From Octopus vulgaris (Eukaryota), in NCBI GenBank assembly GCA_951406725.2, contig OX597826.1, positions 46,872,001 to 46,936,000 of the forward strand: 64,000 nucleotides of DNA, read 5' to 3'. Shown here one piece after another: positions 12,781 through 25,254 of the stretch. Each line of letters starts with the position of its first letter. Position 1 is the stretch's first letter. The position numbers were made by a program, and so were the translations under genes. The notes beneath the pieces are model-generated. The model was not told the origin of the DNA. It saw only the letters and a program-made list of their open reading frames with translations, and ran no database searches.

Positions 12781-12803
12781 GATAATAACAATAATAATAA
12801 TGC

Positions 12804-12844
<41 letters not shown>

Positions 12845-12873
12845 GTAATAACAATAATAGTAATAATAATGAA

Positions 12874-12923
<50 letters not shown>

Positions 12924-13012
12924 TAACAAAAGTAATAGTAATAATAATAATAATAATAATAACAAAAGTAATAGTAATAATAATAATAACAATAATAATA
13001 ATAATAATAATA
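12781..13012. repeat. (TAA)n microsatellite, imperfect
   Basis: Direct reading. Further (TAA)n tracts at 13851-13980, 14283-14490, 15020-15124 and 16989-17016. Confidence 0.95.
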
Positions 13013-13850
13013 GAAGGGTTTATCATAGCAGCTCAAGATCAATGCCTACCAACAAGAAACTACCAGGCCAATATATTAAAGAACGGCAGTAGCCCAACAT
13101 GTCGTGTATGCCGACAACAAAATGAAACCATTGATCATGTTGTCTCCAAATGCAGTCTTCTAGCGCCTACAGAGTACCTCAACAGGCATGATAGAGCTGC
13201 ACAATATATTCACTGGGTAATTTGCAAAACCCTGGATTTGCCCCATGAAAAAAACTGGTGGGAACATAATCCACCTCCAGTACTTGAAAATGACCACATC
13301 TCACTCCTCTGGAACTTCACCATTCAAACTGACAGAAAGATAGATGCAAATAGGCCAGACATCATATTGAAAGACTTCAGACAAAGAACATGCCTCCTCA
13401 TTGATATGACTGTCCCAATCGATATAAATGTATCTGTCAAGACCTACCAAAAACTGAGCAAATATAAAGATCTTGAAATAGAAATCAGCAAAACGTGGAA
13501 GCTGAAGACTAAAACAATACCTGTTGTCATAGGTGCCCTGGGAATGATAGCGAAAGGGGCTGATTGCTATCTAACTCAGATACCAGGAAACCCCAAAATG
13601 GCAGAAATTCAAAAGATAGTGCTCATGGGAACTGCTCATATCCTACGCAAAATACTCTCTATGTAATCCCAAGGTTTAAAACAAACTTTTTTTTTTAATC
13701 TATGTATTAGGCATTCACTTGTACAACACCAAAAAAATCCAAATATATGGCACACTAGGCATAACAACAACGTGAACTGTTGTTTCTTGAGGTCTCTGGG
13801 TGAGACTTGGAGCCAACTTGTACAGACATAAAGCAAAAGTGAAACATAGA
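13013..13850 (+). mobile_element. R4/Dong-clade RLE LINE, 5'-truncated (CCHC + RLE + 3' UTR)
   Basis: Open frame 13013-13666 with EGFIIAAQDQ, CRVC..ETIDHVVSKC, RHD, NRPDII..D, KLSKYKDL, PVVIGALG. Confidence 0.92.
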
Positions 13851-13865
13851 ATAATAAAACTAATA

Positions 13866-13971
<106 letters not shown>

Positions 13972-14019
13972 TGATAATATTTTTTTATTTAAAAATTATT
14001 ATCATTATTAACGAAACAA

Positions 14020-14281
14020 CTATGACAATTTGAAGTTCGTGGTCAATGAAGTGAGTAATTGGTACTCTTGAAAGTATCAGCACTCGATTACCAACATGGC
14101 TGACAAAGATTGGTGCATGTGTGAAGGTAGAACACCTACAAAAACCAGCATCACTTGGAATTGCAAGAATTCTTCGCAGGGCTCTTGAAGCGTGACTTGT
14201 AAACAAGTGTCACCTTAGTCTGCTGACTGTGGACAGCTGACACTTTTCATCATACTCAGCAAAAAAGCTGTGAGTTTTCAT

Positions 14282-14282
<1 letters not shown>
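14020..14282 (+). mobile_element. R4/Dong-clade LINE, extreme 3' fragment of a different family
   Basis: Translates VIGTLESISTRLPTWLTKIGACVKVEHLQKPASLGIARILRRALEA-stop (stop at 14193-14195), then a 3' UTR hairpin and (TAA)n. Confidence 0.8.
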
Positions 14283-14348
<66 letters not shown>

Positions 14349-14401
14349 TAATAATGATAATGATATTAATGATAATAATGATAATAATAATAATAATGAT
14401 A

Positions 14402-14489
<88 letters not shown>

Positions 14490-14496
14490 TAATTTT

Positions 14497-15016
14497 GCCC
14501 TGATGCAGTACAAGGCAGTGGCTCTCGTGGCTTCTGATCTTAACTGATTGGAATTGTTATCATGTACATTGTTTTGTCTTGGTATAAAAGATGGGCTACA
14601 GCATATATTCTGCTCAATACCACAGATTTGCTTATCAGTTGTTTGACCATAACCAGCTGAGCATGACCCTTAGTGGCTGACAATATGTGCATCTCTGATC
14701 ATGAGCAGGAATAATGGAGGAGCATCATAGCATTGTGTCAAGAGGAATTATTTGGGGTTTGAATAATTCAACTCTGGAAACATGTGTGTTTCATTGAACA
14801 TCCTTATACAACTCTTATTCAAGGACCTTTTGAGTGGGATGGGCTACTCAACCGGAAGAAAATTCTAACTGGTTCCCACCTGCAAGGTCATGCACTGTTT
14901 ATCATGATATGAGATCACCATATCGCGCACATATGGTTGTGATGCATGTGCCTGGTGTATACTGGGTTTTGTATATTTACCCCTATGTCACTTTGATGGC
15001 ATGCACTGCTCTCTCA
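14497..15016 (+). mobile_element. Non-coding ~520-bp interspersed repeat embedded in (TAA)n
   Basis: Homologous copies at 55923-56402 and 56444-56980, each followed by AAT/AAC repeats. Confidence 0.8.
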
Positions 15017-15060
15017 ATATTAATAATAATAATGATGATAACAACAACAACAACAACAAC

Positions 15061-15124
<64 letters not shown>

Positions 15125-15125
<1 letters not shown>

Positions 15126-16834
15126 GCCAGTCCAACAGCATCAACATCAAACGAGGCATCTTTCAAGGTGACTCCCTCTCTCCATTACTTTTTTGCATGG
15201 CACTGATCCCACTCTCAAACGAATTGGATAGTGCCAGATATGGGTACAAAGTTTTTAGCAAGTTAATAAACCACCTTTTTTATATGGACGATCTAAAGCT
15301 GTTTGCCAAGAATGACCAAGAGCTAGAAGGGCTGCTAACAACTGTTAAAGAGTTTAGCAATGATATCGGAATGGATTTTGGCCTTGATAAGTGTGCTAAA
15401 GCAACTTTTGTAAGAGGCAAGCTCAGGCAAACAGCTTCTGTTAAATTAGATATTGACACTACCATCAAGGAACTTGACCCACAAGAAAGCTACAAATACC
15501 TAGGAATCAACGAAGGAGATGGTATACATCATGCTACTATGAAGGAAAAAATAAGAAAGGAGTACTATAGGAGAATAAGGCTTGTACTGAAGACTGAACT
15601 CAACTCCAAAAATTGCATTGAGGCCATTAACACCCTGGCACTTCCAGTAGTCCAGTACAGTTTTAACATCATTAACTGGAACCTTACGGAACTCCAACGC
15701 TTGGACAGGAAGACAAGAAAGTTACTGACATCCAGGAGCATGCACCACCCTAAGGCAGATGTAGACCGCTTGTACCTACCTAGAAGCAGCGGGGGGAGAG
15801 GAATGATGCAATTGGAGCTGTGCTATAAGACCTCTACTGTAGGAATGAACAGGTACCTATCTAGTACAAACGACTGGATGCTGCGACTTGTGTGTGAACA
15901 CGAAAGCAGCAAAAAGCTGCATTCTATTGTCAAGGAAGCTTATAAGTTCGAAAGGGAACTAGGCATTAACCTTGAATCAGGTGAAGAGCCAGAAACCACT
16001 GCTACCAAGCAAGCAAAGCGAATCAGGCAGACTGCAAAAAAGAATGGGCAGAATCAAATTGAGAGGCGGTGGAGCCAGAAGCCCCTGCATGGACAATACA
16101 TTCTCCGAAGCCAAAATGCTGATGTAGACCAAGCAACAACCCATCAGTGGCTGAAGAGTTCTGGATTGAAAGCAGAGACTGAAGGCTTCATAATGGCAGC
16201 ACAAGATCAAAGCTTGTTTACCAGAAATTACCAGGCTAACGTTCTCCGAAACGGTACTGACCCTAAATGCAGATTCTGTGACACATTTGACGAAACAATA
16301 GACCATCTCGTTTCGGGATGTCCTGTGCTGACACCAAACGAATACAAAAATCGCCACGATAGGGTAGGACAGTATATACATTGGAAGATATGTAAACACT
16401 ACAAATCCGACACTCCTGCTAACTGGTATGAACACCATCCTCAGCCAGTTGTTGAAGGTAAAGATGTCACCATCCTCTGGGATTTTCCAGTCAACACTGA
16501 CAGAACGATCAAGGCTAATCGACCAGACATAATTGTTAAAGACAGGGAAGAAAATACCTGCAGACTAATAGAAGTAAGCGTCCCCACTGATAAAAATGTA
16601 TCTGTCAAGGAATTTGACAAACTTAGTAAATATAAGGACCTGGAAATCGAAATACAGAGGATGTGGAATCTTAAAACAAAAACTGTTCCTGTTATTGTAG
16701 GTGCCCTAGGTATGATAAAAAAGGGATGTCAGAAACACCTAGACAATATCCCTGGAAAACCATGTCTCAAGGAAATCCAAAAGATTGTGCTAACAAGTAC
16801 TGCCCACATCCTTAGAAAAACCCTATCAATGTAA
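15125..16834 (+). CDS. R4/Dong-clade LINE ORF, 5'-truncated: reverse transcriptase, CCHC knuckle, restriction-like endonuclease
   Basis: GIFQGDSLSPLLF, HLFYMDDLKL, YKYLG, CRFC..ETIDHLVSGC, RHD, NRPDII, KLSKYKDL. The frame is uninterrupted for ~570 aa. The upstream part of the listed ORF is a read-through artefact. Confidence 0.95.
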
Positions 16835-16988
16835 ATGTTTGTGTTTGTATTACATGGAGATATTTCTCTACTTCCCCTCCCCAAGCTTTCAGCTATATTT
16901 CAACAACTCTTAACCTTCACTTGCCCTAGGGCGCTGGGTGTGCCCCGGCAGGTGATTGCATCAAACATGCAGATTAAAAGTAAATGAC
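15125..16988 (+). mobile_element. R4/Dong-clade RLE LINE including 3' UTR
   Basis: The ORF above plus a UTR, flanked by (TAA)n on both sides. Confidence 0.92.
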
Positions 16989-17014
16989 AATAATAATAAT
17001 AATAATAATAATAA

Positions 17015-17045
<31 letters not shown>

Positions 17046-17049
17046 AAGA

Positions 17050-17605
17050 TCAGTGAACCAAGAAACTTAGGAAAAACCAAGAAAACTATTAACAGCATAC
17101 CGAAGTCACCACCCCAAAGCAGACACAGAAAAGCAGGTACAGAAAAGGTGGCGGCCTGACAGATACAGAACTACTATAAAATAATAACAGTTGAACTGGA
17201 AAAGTACTTAGAAATTAAAAGTGGATGAAAAAGAAAAAACGAAAACGCTTTGCTCTCTACACAAGTAGGCGACAAAATGTGAAACAAAAAACAAACTACA
17301 TTGATACTCTGGTCTCAGATGGCAACAGCAGAAATGGTCAAAGAGACTTAAGACGACATAAAAACAGAGCTACAAAACATACTAAAGAAGAAATGGAGAG
17401 AAAATTATCCTATGGCCAATACCCTGCAAAGCTTGACAGAGGAGTGAACCTAAGGAACAGCCAACAATGGCTCAAAAGCTCTGGACTAAAAGCAGCAGCT
17501 GAAGGACTGATTCTCATTGCACAAGACCAATACCTGACCACAAACAACTATAAAAGCAAAGTAATCAAAACAGGCCCGAACATTAGATGTAGAGTGTGCA
17601 CCCAG
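17050..17605 (+). pseudogene. Degraded R4/Dong LINE fragment (post-RT region to start of CCHC)
   Basis: HHPKADTE, YGQYP, QWLKSSGLKAAAEGLILIAQDQ, CRVC, with frameshifts. Confidence 0.85.
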
Positions 17606-19340
17606 CATATTTCTATCTTCTTTCTTGGATATAATGATGGTAACGCCGTCTTTGAGATCATTTGAGACCTGATGTGCCTCCAACATCTTTAGAAACAGAG
17701 CGAAGATTTTAGTTTGCAGCGGCGGTCAGCCATGTTGTAACAATTCGAATACGATGTTATAGGGTCCTGGAGCTTTTCTTACATTCATACGTTTATTTAC
17801 CTTCTGGAACTCTTTATACGACAGAGGAGTATCCACCCAATGTTGTAATGAATGGAAATAGACTTTTCCGAGGAAGTCTTCTGTTGTTGACTCACGATTT
17901 AACAAAAGAGAAAATGTTCTTTCCGGTTGACTAGGATGTCTTGAGAGTCAATAAGGATGTTAACATTGTCTGCTACCAGTAGAACGTCGTTTGACCATTT
18001 GATTCCGACATAGAAGTTTCTAAGATTTCGAGCGTCAAAATATTATCCGTTATTATCAAACCAGTCTTAGTTTGTTTTCTTTTGAAGAATCCGATATAGT
18101 ATTTGGCAGAAAGACCATCCTTCTTCAAAGGTTTGATGATATGCAAAGTGGGAATTCATCTTATCGCAGATTGAATTTTGAAATCTGATTCTGCATTGGG
18201 GGTCTTGGATTTTTGAGATCTCAATTTTATAACGGGAAGAGGGAGCAGGGTGTAACCTTGATTTTTTGTGGATGTTAATTTTCATACAATTACCAGACGG
18301 TGATCGGTCCAAAAGTCACCTGCACTATGAGCTGCTCTTGTCCCACAGACATCCTTTCTATTTCATTGATGACCAATGACATAGTCGTGAAGATGCTAGT
18401 GCTTCGATCGCAGGTGCATGCAAAGTGGTCTTCAAACAATTGGGAAGTCGGAGTGTTCGAGATGCTCTGCTCATGTTCCGAACACAGACCCAACAACAGA
18501 GGACCACGCGCATTGCAGTTCCCAACACCCTCTCTGCCAATCATATTACTCCTAAGACGTTGATCGTTTCCACCTCGGGCATTAAAATCCCCGTGCCGTA
18601 GGAAATTACTATTAGATGAAACATTAAAGGTGTCAGAAAGTTGTTGTTAACTCATTTTTGATGTCAAAAAGATACGGGGCATTAACGGAAATGATGAAAA
18701 AGAAGTAATCTTTGGTGAGTGGTACACGAAGAGTCATAAGTCGCTCAATGACGGCAATCGGAGTTTATTGATGGTCGCGCATGCTCGGAGGTTTGACAGC
18801 AAACCCAACACCGTGGGGCCTTCTGTCTCTTTGATCTTTCTATCCTCCCCGTCCAATGTCTATTCAGCATCTCCCTCTACGAGTTTTCCTTCTACTGAAA
18901 GTTGTGTTTCACAATGTCGACATAGAATCTGGTGAGTTCTTTAGAGACGAGTGCAGTTTGTCTTTCGGGTCAGTCGGAGTTGCCAGTGTCTTAAAGGGTT
19001 CTCACTTTCCAAGTTCCCAAGGTCAGTTTCACTTTGGTTTTAATGTTTTGGCTGGTTCCAGATTTAGTGTCACGACCGCATGAAAGATAGCCCGCCAGGT
19101 GCATCTACTCAGTCAAGTAGTAAAAGGGACTTCCGATGTTTATCCCTTCTTTTATCGGGCCTTCACCATTTGTGGTGGACAACAGTAGTGCTGAAAAGGC
19201 CTATCCAGAGACACGTAGGATCTGGAGATGAAACTACAACGGACAGCTGCAGATTCTAAGTGATGGCTGATTCGCGCCTTCTTATTCAATCCGTGTAGCA
19301 ATTCCCTCATCTACCGGCAAAAACCGTTGAGAACGTCTAG
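17606..19340 (-). mobile_element. RTE-clade LINE, 5' portion (UTR, AP endonuclease, start of RT), degraded
   Basis: Minus-strand motifs LTLGTWKVRT, HGVGFAVK, ERLMTLRVP, GDFNAR, LLLGLCSEHEQSISNT and DLKDGVTIIISKKEDR. Confidence 0.88.
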
Positions 19341-19358
19341 TCATAATAATACGAAATA

Positions 19359-19616
19359 TTCTTCTTCTTCTTCTTCTTCTTCTTCTTCTTCTTCTTCTTC
19401 TTCTTCTTCTTCTTCTTCTTCTTCTTCTTCTTCTTCTTCTTCTTCTTCTTCTTCTTCTTCTTCTTCTTCTTCTTCTTCTTCTTCATGTTCTTCTTCTTCT
19501 TCTTCATGTTCTTCTTCTCCTTCTTCTTCTTCTTCTTCTTCATGTTCTTCTTCTCCTTCTTCTTCTTCTTCTTCTTCTTCTTCTTCTTCTTCTTCTTCAT
19601 GTTCTTCTTCTTCTTC
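19359..19616. repeat. (TTC)n microsatellite
   Basis: Direct reading. Confidence 0.95.
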
Positions 19617-19906
19617 GGCCACCGTTGGGGAGTTACTAGTTGATGAAGTTGAATCACTCCTTTGATAGATGGGTCTCGGTTGTCTCTAAATGCGAGCAAG
19701 AAACGGGTAACCAAGTACCCTCTACCCTCCCAGAACATAGTCGGGATGTCACTGACTAAAGCGACTCCTCTTTTTGAGTTTGTCTCTTGTGGAAGGGTGT
19801 GATGCATAATTATAACCAACATACACACACACACATAATACATAATACATACATATACATATGCATACAGACTGACAGACAGATCAGTAGATACACATAT
19901 ATATGC

Positions 19907-19946
<40 letters not shown>

Positions 19947-20159
19947 TTACATATGTATATTTGCATTTACATATGCATATACGTACATTCATATATATAT
20001 ATATACATATATATGAATTGTGGTAAAATCATTCACAGCCTGTTTTGTTGTTCATCCTTTCAACATGCTCCTTTGTCTAGTCGAAAACCCCCTAATATGA
20101 ACCCTACAGATTTTGCTTCAGGTTCATTTAGTATGAGAAACGTTTGAAAAATAACGATA

Positions 20160-20565
20160 TACGAAGGTGGGCAGAGGCAGCTACGAAAGACTATAAGACC
20201 AAACTCCCAGGGAAACTGACGAATTGGGTCTTGTTTCATCAGGAAAATGCTCCAGCATGCAAGTTCTTGATTTCAATGGCTCCTGTGCGCAATTGGTTTT
20301 GAACTGGTTGAGCATTCACCCTATTCTCCTGATGTGGCCCCATCTGATTATCTATTTCCCATCATGACAAAACACTTAGCTGGGAAGCAATATCGCAGTA
20401 TTGATGACGTCGTATCAGCTGCTGACCAACTAGATGAGAGCTTCTTCAATAATGGCATCTAAGCACTGTAATACCGATGAAAGAAGGATGTGTGCAGCAA
20501 GGGGACTATTTTGAAAAATAAACCTTTTTTGGTTACATTACATGAGAGTATCTTAATCAGCCGAC
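20160..20565 (+). pseudogene. Mariner transposase C-terminal remnant
   Basis: LFHQENAP, GFELVEHSPYSPDVAPSDY, KGDYFEK-stop, with frameshifts. Confidence 0.9.
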
Positions 20566-21249
20566 TCTCGTTTGATGGTTTACTTATCAGTAAGACATGT
20601 GATACATACTGCCTTGTCCATTCTCCATGGCACAAAACTTACAAAATTGTATGGGGAAATCAAACTTTATTTCACAAACATGACTCAAACAATTTGAATT
20701 TAAGGCCTTCGTCCAGTGCAACGTGAATAGTTTCAAAAGCGTTACTTCATACTTGGGCTCTACTTATATGGTCAAAAACTATATTTCTATGACTCCTTGC
20801 TTCAGGCAATAGGCTGCGGCCATGCAGGAGCATTCATTATCTAAATACTGCCATACCAGGAAGCCAAACATGATACAAGTATCGCTGTAAATGTGATTTT
20901 GAACCAAATTTTTTTTGTTCTAATTTTAGTTTATTTATTTTTTTATGTGTGGAAATCAATTTTCGCTGCAAAATCTGAGATAGTAAATGTGTCCCCAGAG
21001 TATTTATGTCTATGTATTATATCCTATGTATAATTGTGTGTATGCGTGTGTATCCTTGCGCGCGTGTGTATGTGTTTATATGTGTGTGTGTTTTTGTGTG
21101 TACTTTTTAGTGTTTGTATGTGTGTATATATCGATGTTTGCACAAGAGTAATTTGATTTGTTGAATTGCTCGAATATTTTTTTTAATTATGATACAAACG
21201 TAAATATAATTATGACTACATACATACATAGATGCATAAATGTTTATAT

Positions 21250-21280
<31 letters not shown>

Positions 21281-22042
21281 GCTATAGTGGTCTATAGTCT
21301 TCGAGTAAAAATTTAGGTATTTTTAATGTAATCAAATATATTTTTATACAAAACTGCCGTACGTATGTTGTGTTGCGGTCTCCGTAATTATAAGGCTTTG
21401 CTGAAATAAATCGAACACGTAGGAATTATAACGCATCAATAGAAAGGGAAAAGCCGAAGAGAACCTAATAAAAAATATCTAATGAGGACTAATATATATA
21501 TCTCTGTTCATTTAAAAATGTTACTTCAAATTTATTTCTATCAAATTTTTAGTCTTTGATAATTCGTTAGTAACTACTAAATTCAATTAAGTTGTTACCC
21601 TTCCCTTTCCTTTTTGAACAAACATCATATGTACTTTCATATATGTGTGTGTGTGTATCTACACACATACTAATACAAATATAGTAATACAGGCACACAT
21701 AATTGTGTATATATGTGTATGTATCACTGTATGGTTTTTCTTCACAATAATTACATAGAAGATAACACTAGGAAAAATTTTATGAAATAATATTTGTATT
21801 TATTTATATAGGAAGGCATTGAAAAATAATTAAACGGGAGAAGAGGAAGAAATAAGAGAAGCAAAAGAAAAATCAACAAAAAATAATAATCTCACTTTTG
21901 GTTTCTTCTTGGTTAAGTTTCATATCTATGTTTGGAGGGAAATATAATTTGGAATGGTAAACAATTACAGAAGAAAAGCCGAAGGAGTAAAAGAAAAAAA
22001 TATATATATACAAATATATATAAATATATATATATATATATG

Positions 22043-22124
<82 letters not shown>

Positions 22125-22636
22125 TATGTATATATATATATAAACATATATATGTATATATATATGTGTGTATATGTATATGTATATGGTGAACAAATAA
22201 GTATACGAAAAATATCTGGCATAATTAAAGTGCAAAAGGGAAAAATTCGTTGAAGAAAAGGATATAACTTAAAAAACACTATTTTATGGCTTCTCCTATT
22301 CAGCCCACTCCCAACACACATACATTCATACATACGCACATTCATACTCACCTCCACCCCCACACATATACACATTGACACACATACGCTGTTTTTGCTG
22401 GCTGAGTAAGCTATAGGAGATACTAAAGGGCGTAGAGTTTCGTACTAAAGAACTTAGCAAACTTATTAAAGTTTGAAAAAGTGCTCTAGCAGGAAACTCT
22501 AGACTGTTGAATATCTCATCGGGATTTTAAGCTAAAAAAAAAAAATGAATATTGTATATACGCTACTTTACCTATCGGGTTCTAATTCTCCCGTTTGTAA
22601 AAGATCAACAATATATATATATATATATGTATGTAT

Positions 22637-22672
<36 letters not shown>

Positions 22673-22738
22673 GCATATATATACGCACAAACACATATAT
22701 GTATACATATACATATCACTATATATATATGTATATCT

Positions 22739-22769
<31 letters not shown>

Positions 22770-22785
22770 TATATATATCAAATAT

Positions 22786-22821
<36 letters not shown>

Positions 22822-23049
22822 ATATATTTGATATTTGATATTTGGCTGAAGCAACTGGGTGATTCAAGGGTCGAGAGTTTCACACGTTGGCACTTATCAG
22901 ACTAAAAATCGAGGAGTTTTAGATTAATATATCATTATAAATATGTATACAAACATACATACATCCATGCATAGACACACATATATACATAGTTACATAC
23001 ACCAACACATACCTATACATACATGCATACATATGTGTGTGTGTGTGTG

Positions 23050-23142
23050 TGTACATAATCCTGGTTTCGGGGTATCCCTGCCTGTATTCAGTACTGGACA
23101 CCTCGTCTGCAAGAGATGGCAGTAGCTCGCTTCTGCTTGCCA
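23050..23142 (-). mobile_element. Inverted partial copy of the 23582 hammerhead-like element
   Basis: Reverse complement AGAAGCGAGCTACTGCCATCTCTTGCAGACGAGGTGTCCAGTACTG...CCCGAAACCA aligns with 23589-23661. Confidence 0.75.
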
Positions 23143-23161
23143 TATATATGATTCAAGCTAT

Positions 23162-23348
23162 ATTCAGCCGCTGATTTTGCCACAAGCAAAAATGCTAAGA
23201 GATCAACGCAGTAGTTGTACTAAAAATTAATGTTCATAGCCACTTCAATATGGCTGTCCGTTCGAACGGACTTTACTGCTATTTTCTTATCCCCTAGAGC
23301 TAGCATGTTTGCCTGTAGCAAAATCAGCGAATGTACGTCGGTTGAAAT
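23162..23348. repeat. Small MITE-like inverted repeat
   Basis: GCTGATTTTGCCACAAGCAAAAATGCTA versus TAGCATGTTTGCCTGTAGCAAAATCAGC. Confidence 0.5.
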
Positions 23349-23369
23349 TATATACATTCTTTTCTACTC

Positions 23370-23555
23370 TAGGCAGAAACCCCGAAATTTTTGGAGAGGG
23401 GATCACTCGATTTGATCGACCCCAGTACGCAATTGGTACTTAATTTATCGACTGCGAAATGATGAAAAGCAAAAATCAACCTCGGCGGAATTTGAATACA
23501 GAACGTAAAGACAGACGAAATATCGTTAAGCATTTCATCCGGCGTGCTACCGTAC
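23370..23555 (-). mobile_element. SINE family A, old-type
   Basis: CCTCGGCGGAATTTGAATACAGAACGTAAAGACAGACGAAAT. Confidence 0.8.
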
Positions 23556-23581
23556 CTTTGTAAATATATATATATATATAT

Positions 23582-23750
23582 TGCGAGGAGAAGCGAGCTA
23601 CTGCTATCTCTAGCAGAAGAGGAGTCCAGTACTGGTGTGAGGCAGATATAGCCCGAAACCAAGCTGGTATGCTGGCTCCGTCGCTAGAAGGTGGTAGCAT
23701 CGTCCTCTATGAGACTCTCACATTTGGTTGGCAGTTATATTTTACGACTC
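23582..23750 (+). mobile_element. (TA)n-adjacent element with a decayed type I hammerhead
   Basis: Stems I and III are intact around a mutated core (23621-23679). Its 3' part is repeated at 24049-24101. Confidence 0.6.
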
Positions 23751-24099
23751 CATACTGCTACTGTTTACTTCTCACTCAGAGATTTAATATTCCTTATTTC
23801 TCCTTTTTCGAGATCAGTAACACTTTGTCACTGGAAAAAGCATATAGTATTCTGCGTGTTGAATGAGTTTTCATCACTAGCTCGTGGTTATCACACATTG
23901 ATGACGAGTTATCATTCAGAAACCCGGGTCTGTGTGTATCACGTAAGGCTAGAGATGAGAACGATGCTTTCATCTCGCAAATACTAATCAGACACAGACC
24001 AGGAATCGTTAGCCAGCCGGAGATGTCCTCCTGGGGCTAAAAACAACAGTAGCATCGTCCTCTATGGCACCGCCATATTTAGTTGGCAATTATATTTTA

Positions 24100-24143
<44 letters not shown>

Positions 24144-24529
24144 TTACACACATACACAACAACTACTCATATATTACCTCATATCGAGCTATGTATTGAT
24201 ATATCTGTATGTGTATATTATATACATGTAAATGCTTGTACATGCATATATATTTATAATTGCATACCCCTCCCACACACATATATATTTACGATCCTAT
24301 GCAAAAGCAAGCGTGTATATATTTTTAAATGTTCTGTAATTGAGAAGTGTTCTATATATATATATATATGTGTGTGATATATATATATATATGTAATACA
24401 TACATTCATACGTACATGCGTGCATACGCGCACAACCACACACATATACATACAAAGGGACACTTATTTTCGTTTATATATTTTAGAATATGCATAGGTA
24501 TGTTTAAATATATATGTACGTTTGTGTAC

Positions 24530-24592
<63 letters not shown>

Positions 24593-25254
24593 TTTGGGGG
24601 ATATACTTGAATTTTTGCGGTACTATAATTTTGCCCTTGAAGTAAGTAATAAAGAAAAGAAAAATATATTTTGTTGCATATTTTTTTTTTTTATATAAAG
24701 CATTTTAATTTTCAACAAATTGGTTTCCTTCAGAGAAATACGAACAGACTCTGTTTAACTTGGCAGTTCTAACCAATTTTAATGAAGTCCCTTCTCCCTG
24801 TTCCATTCGCAGATTTCTTCCGTTCCTATTACTTGTCACATTCTTACATTTCTACTCTTTCTTTCCTGTTTGTCATCATTATTGCACAGGAAGTATATGT
24901 TATCAAAAAAGAGAAGAAAATAAACATCAATTCCTCTCTCTCTCCACAAGGATAAAAAGAAAAGAAAAAAAATATAAATAAAAAATTCTAAATAAAACTA
25001 TAAACAATATCTGCCACTATTGTCCTTCTATGTAGGTTTACCAAACTGTTCTATAACGAACTTGTACTATTCAACATCCGTCCGCTTCACTATACTCTTA
25101 AGATTATGTAGTCCATTGCTAATCAAAGTGGGTGGCACAATCCCTTGTGGCATGGTGCAGTAGAAATTTCTATCTGGGTTCTTTGGGCAAGGGATTGTTG
25201 GTAAGACATGTAAAAATGCATGTTTTAATTGCAATATTTTCACTCAGAATCGTC

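Noticed and set aside
14834-15124. N-terminal ~97 aa of the 666-aa ORF
   Set aside because: Read-through of a non-coding repeat and (TAA)n, not part of the LINE protein.
22870-22905. CTGATAA...GAAACTC (minus strand) hammerhead
   Set aside because: Core mismatch and poor stems.
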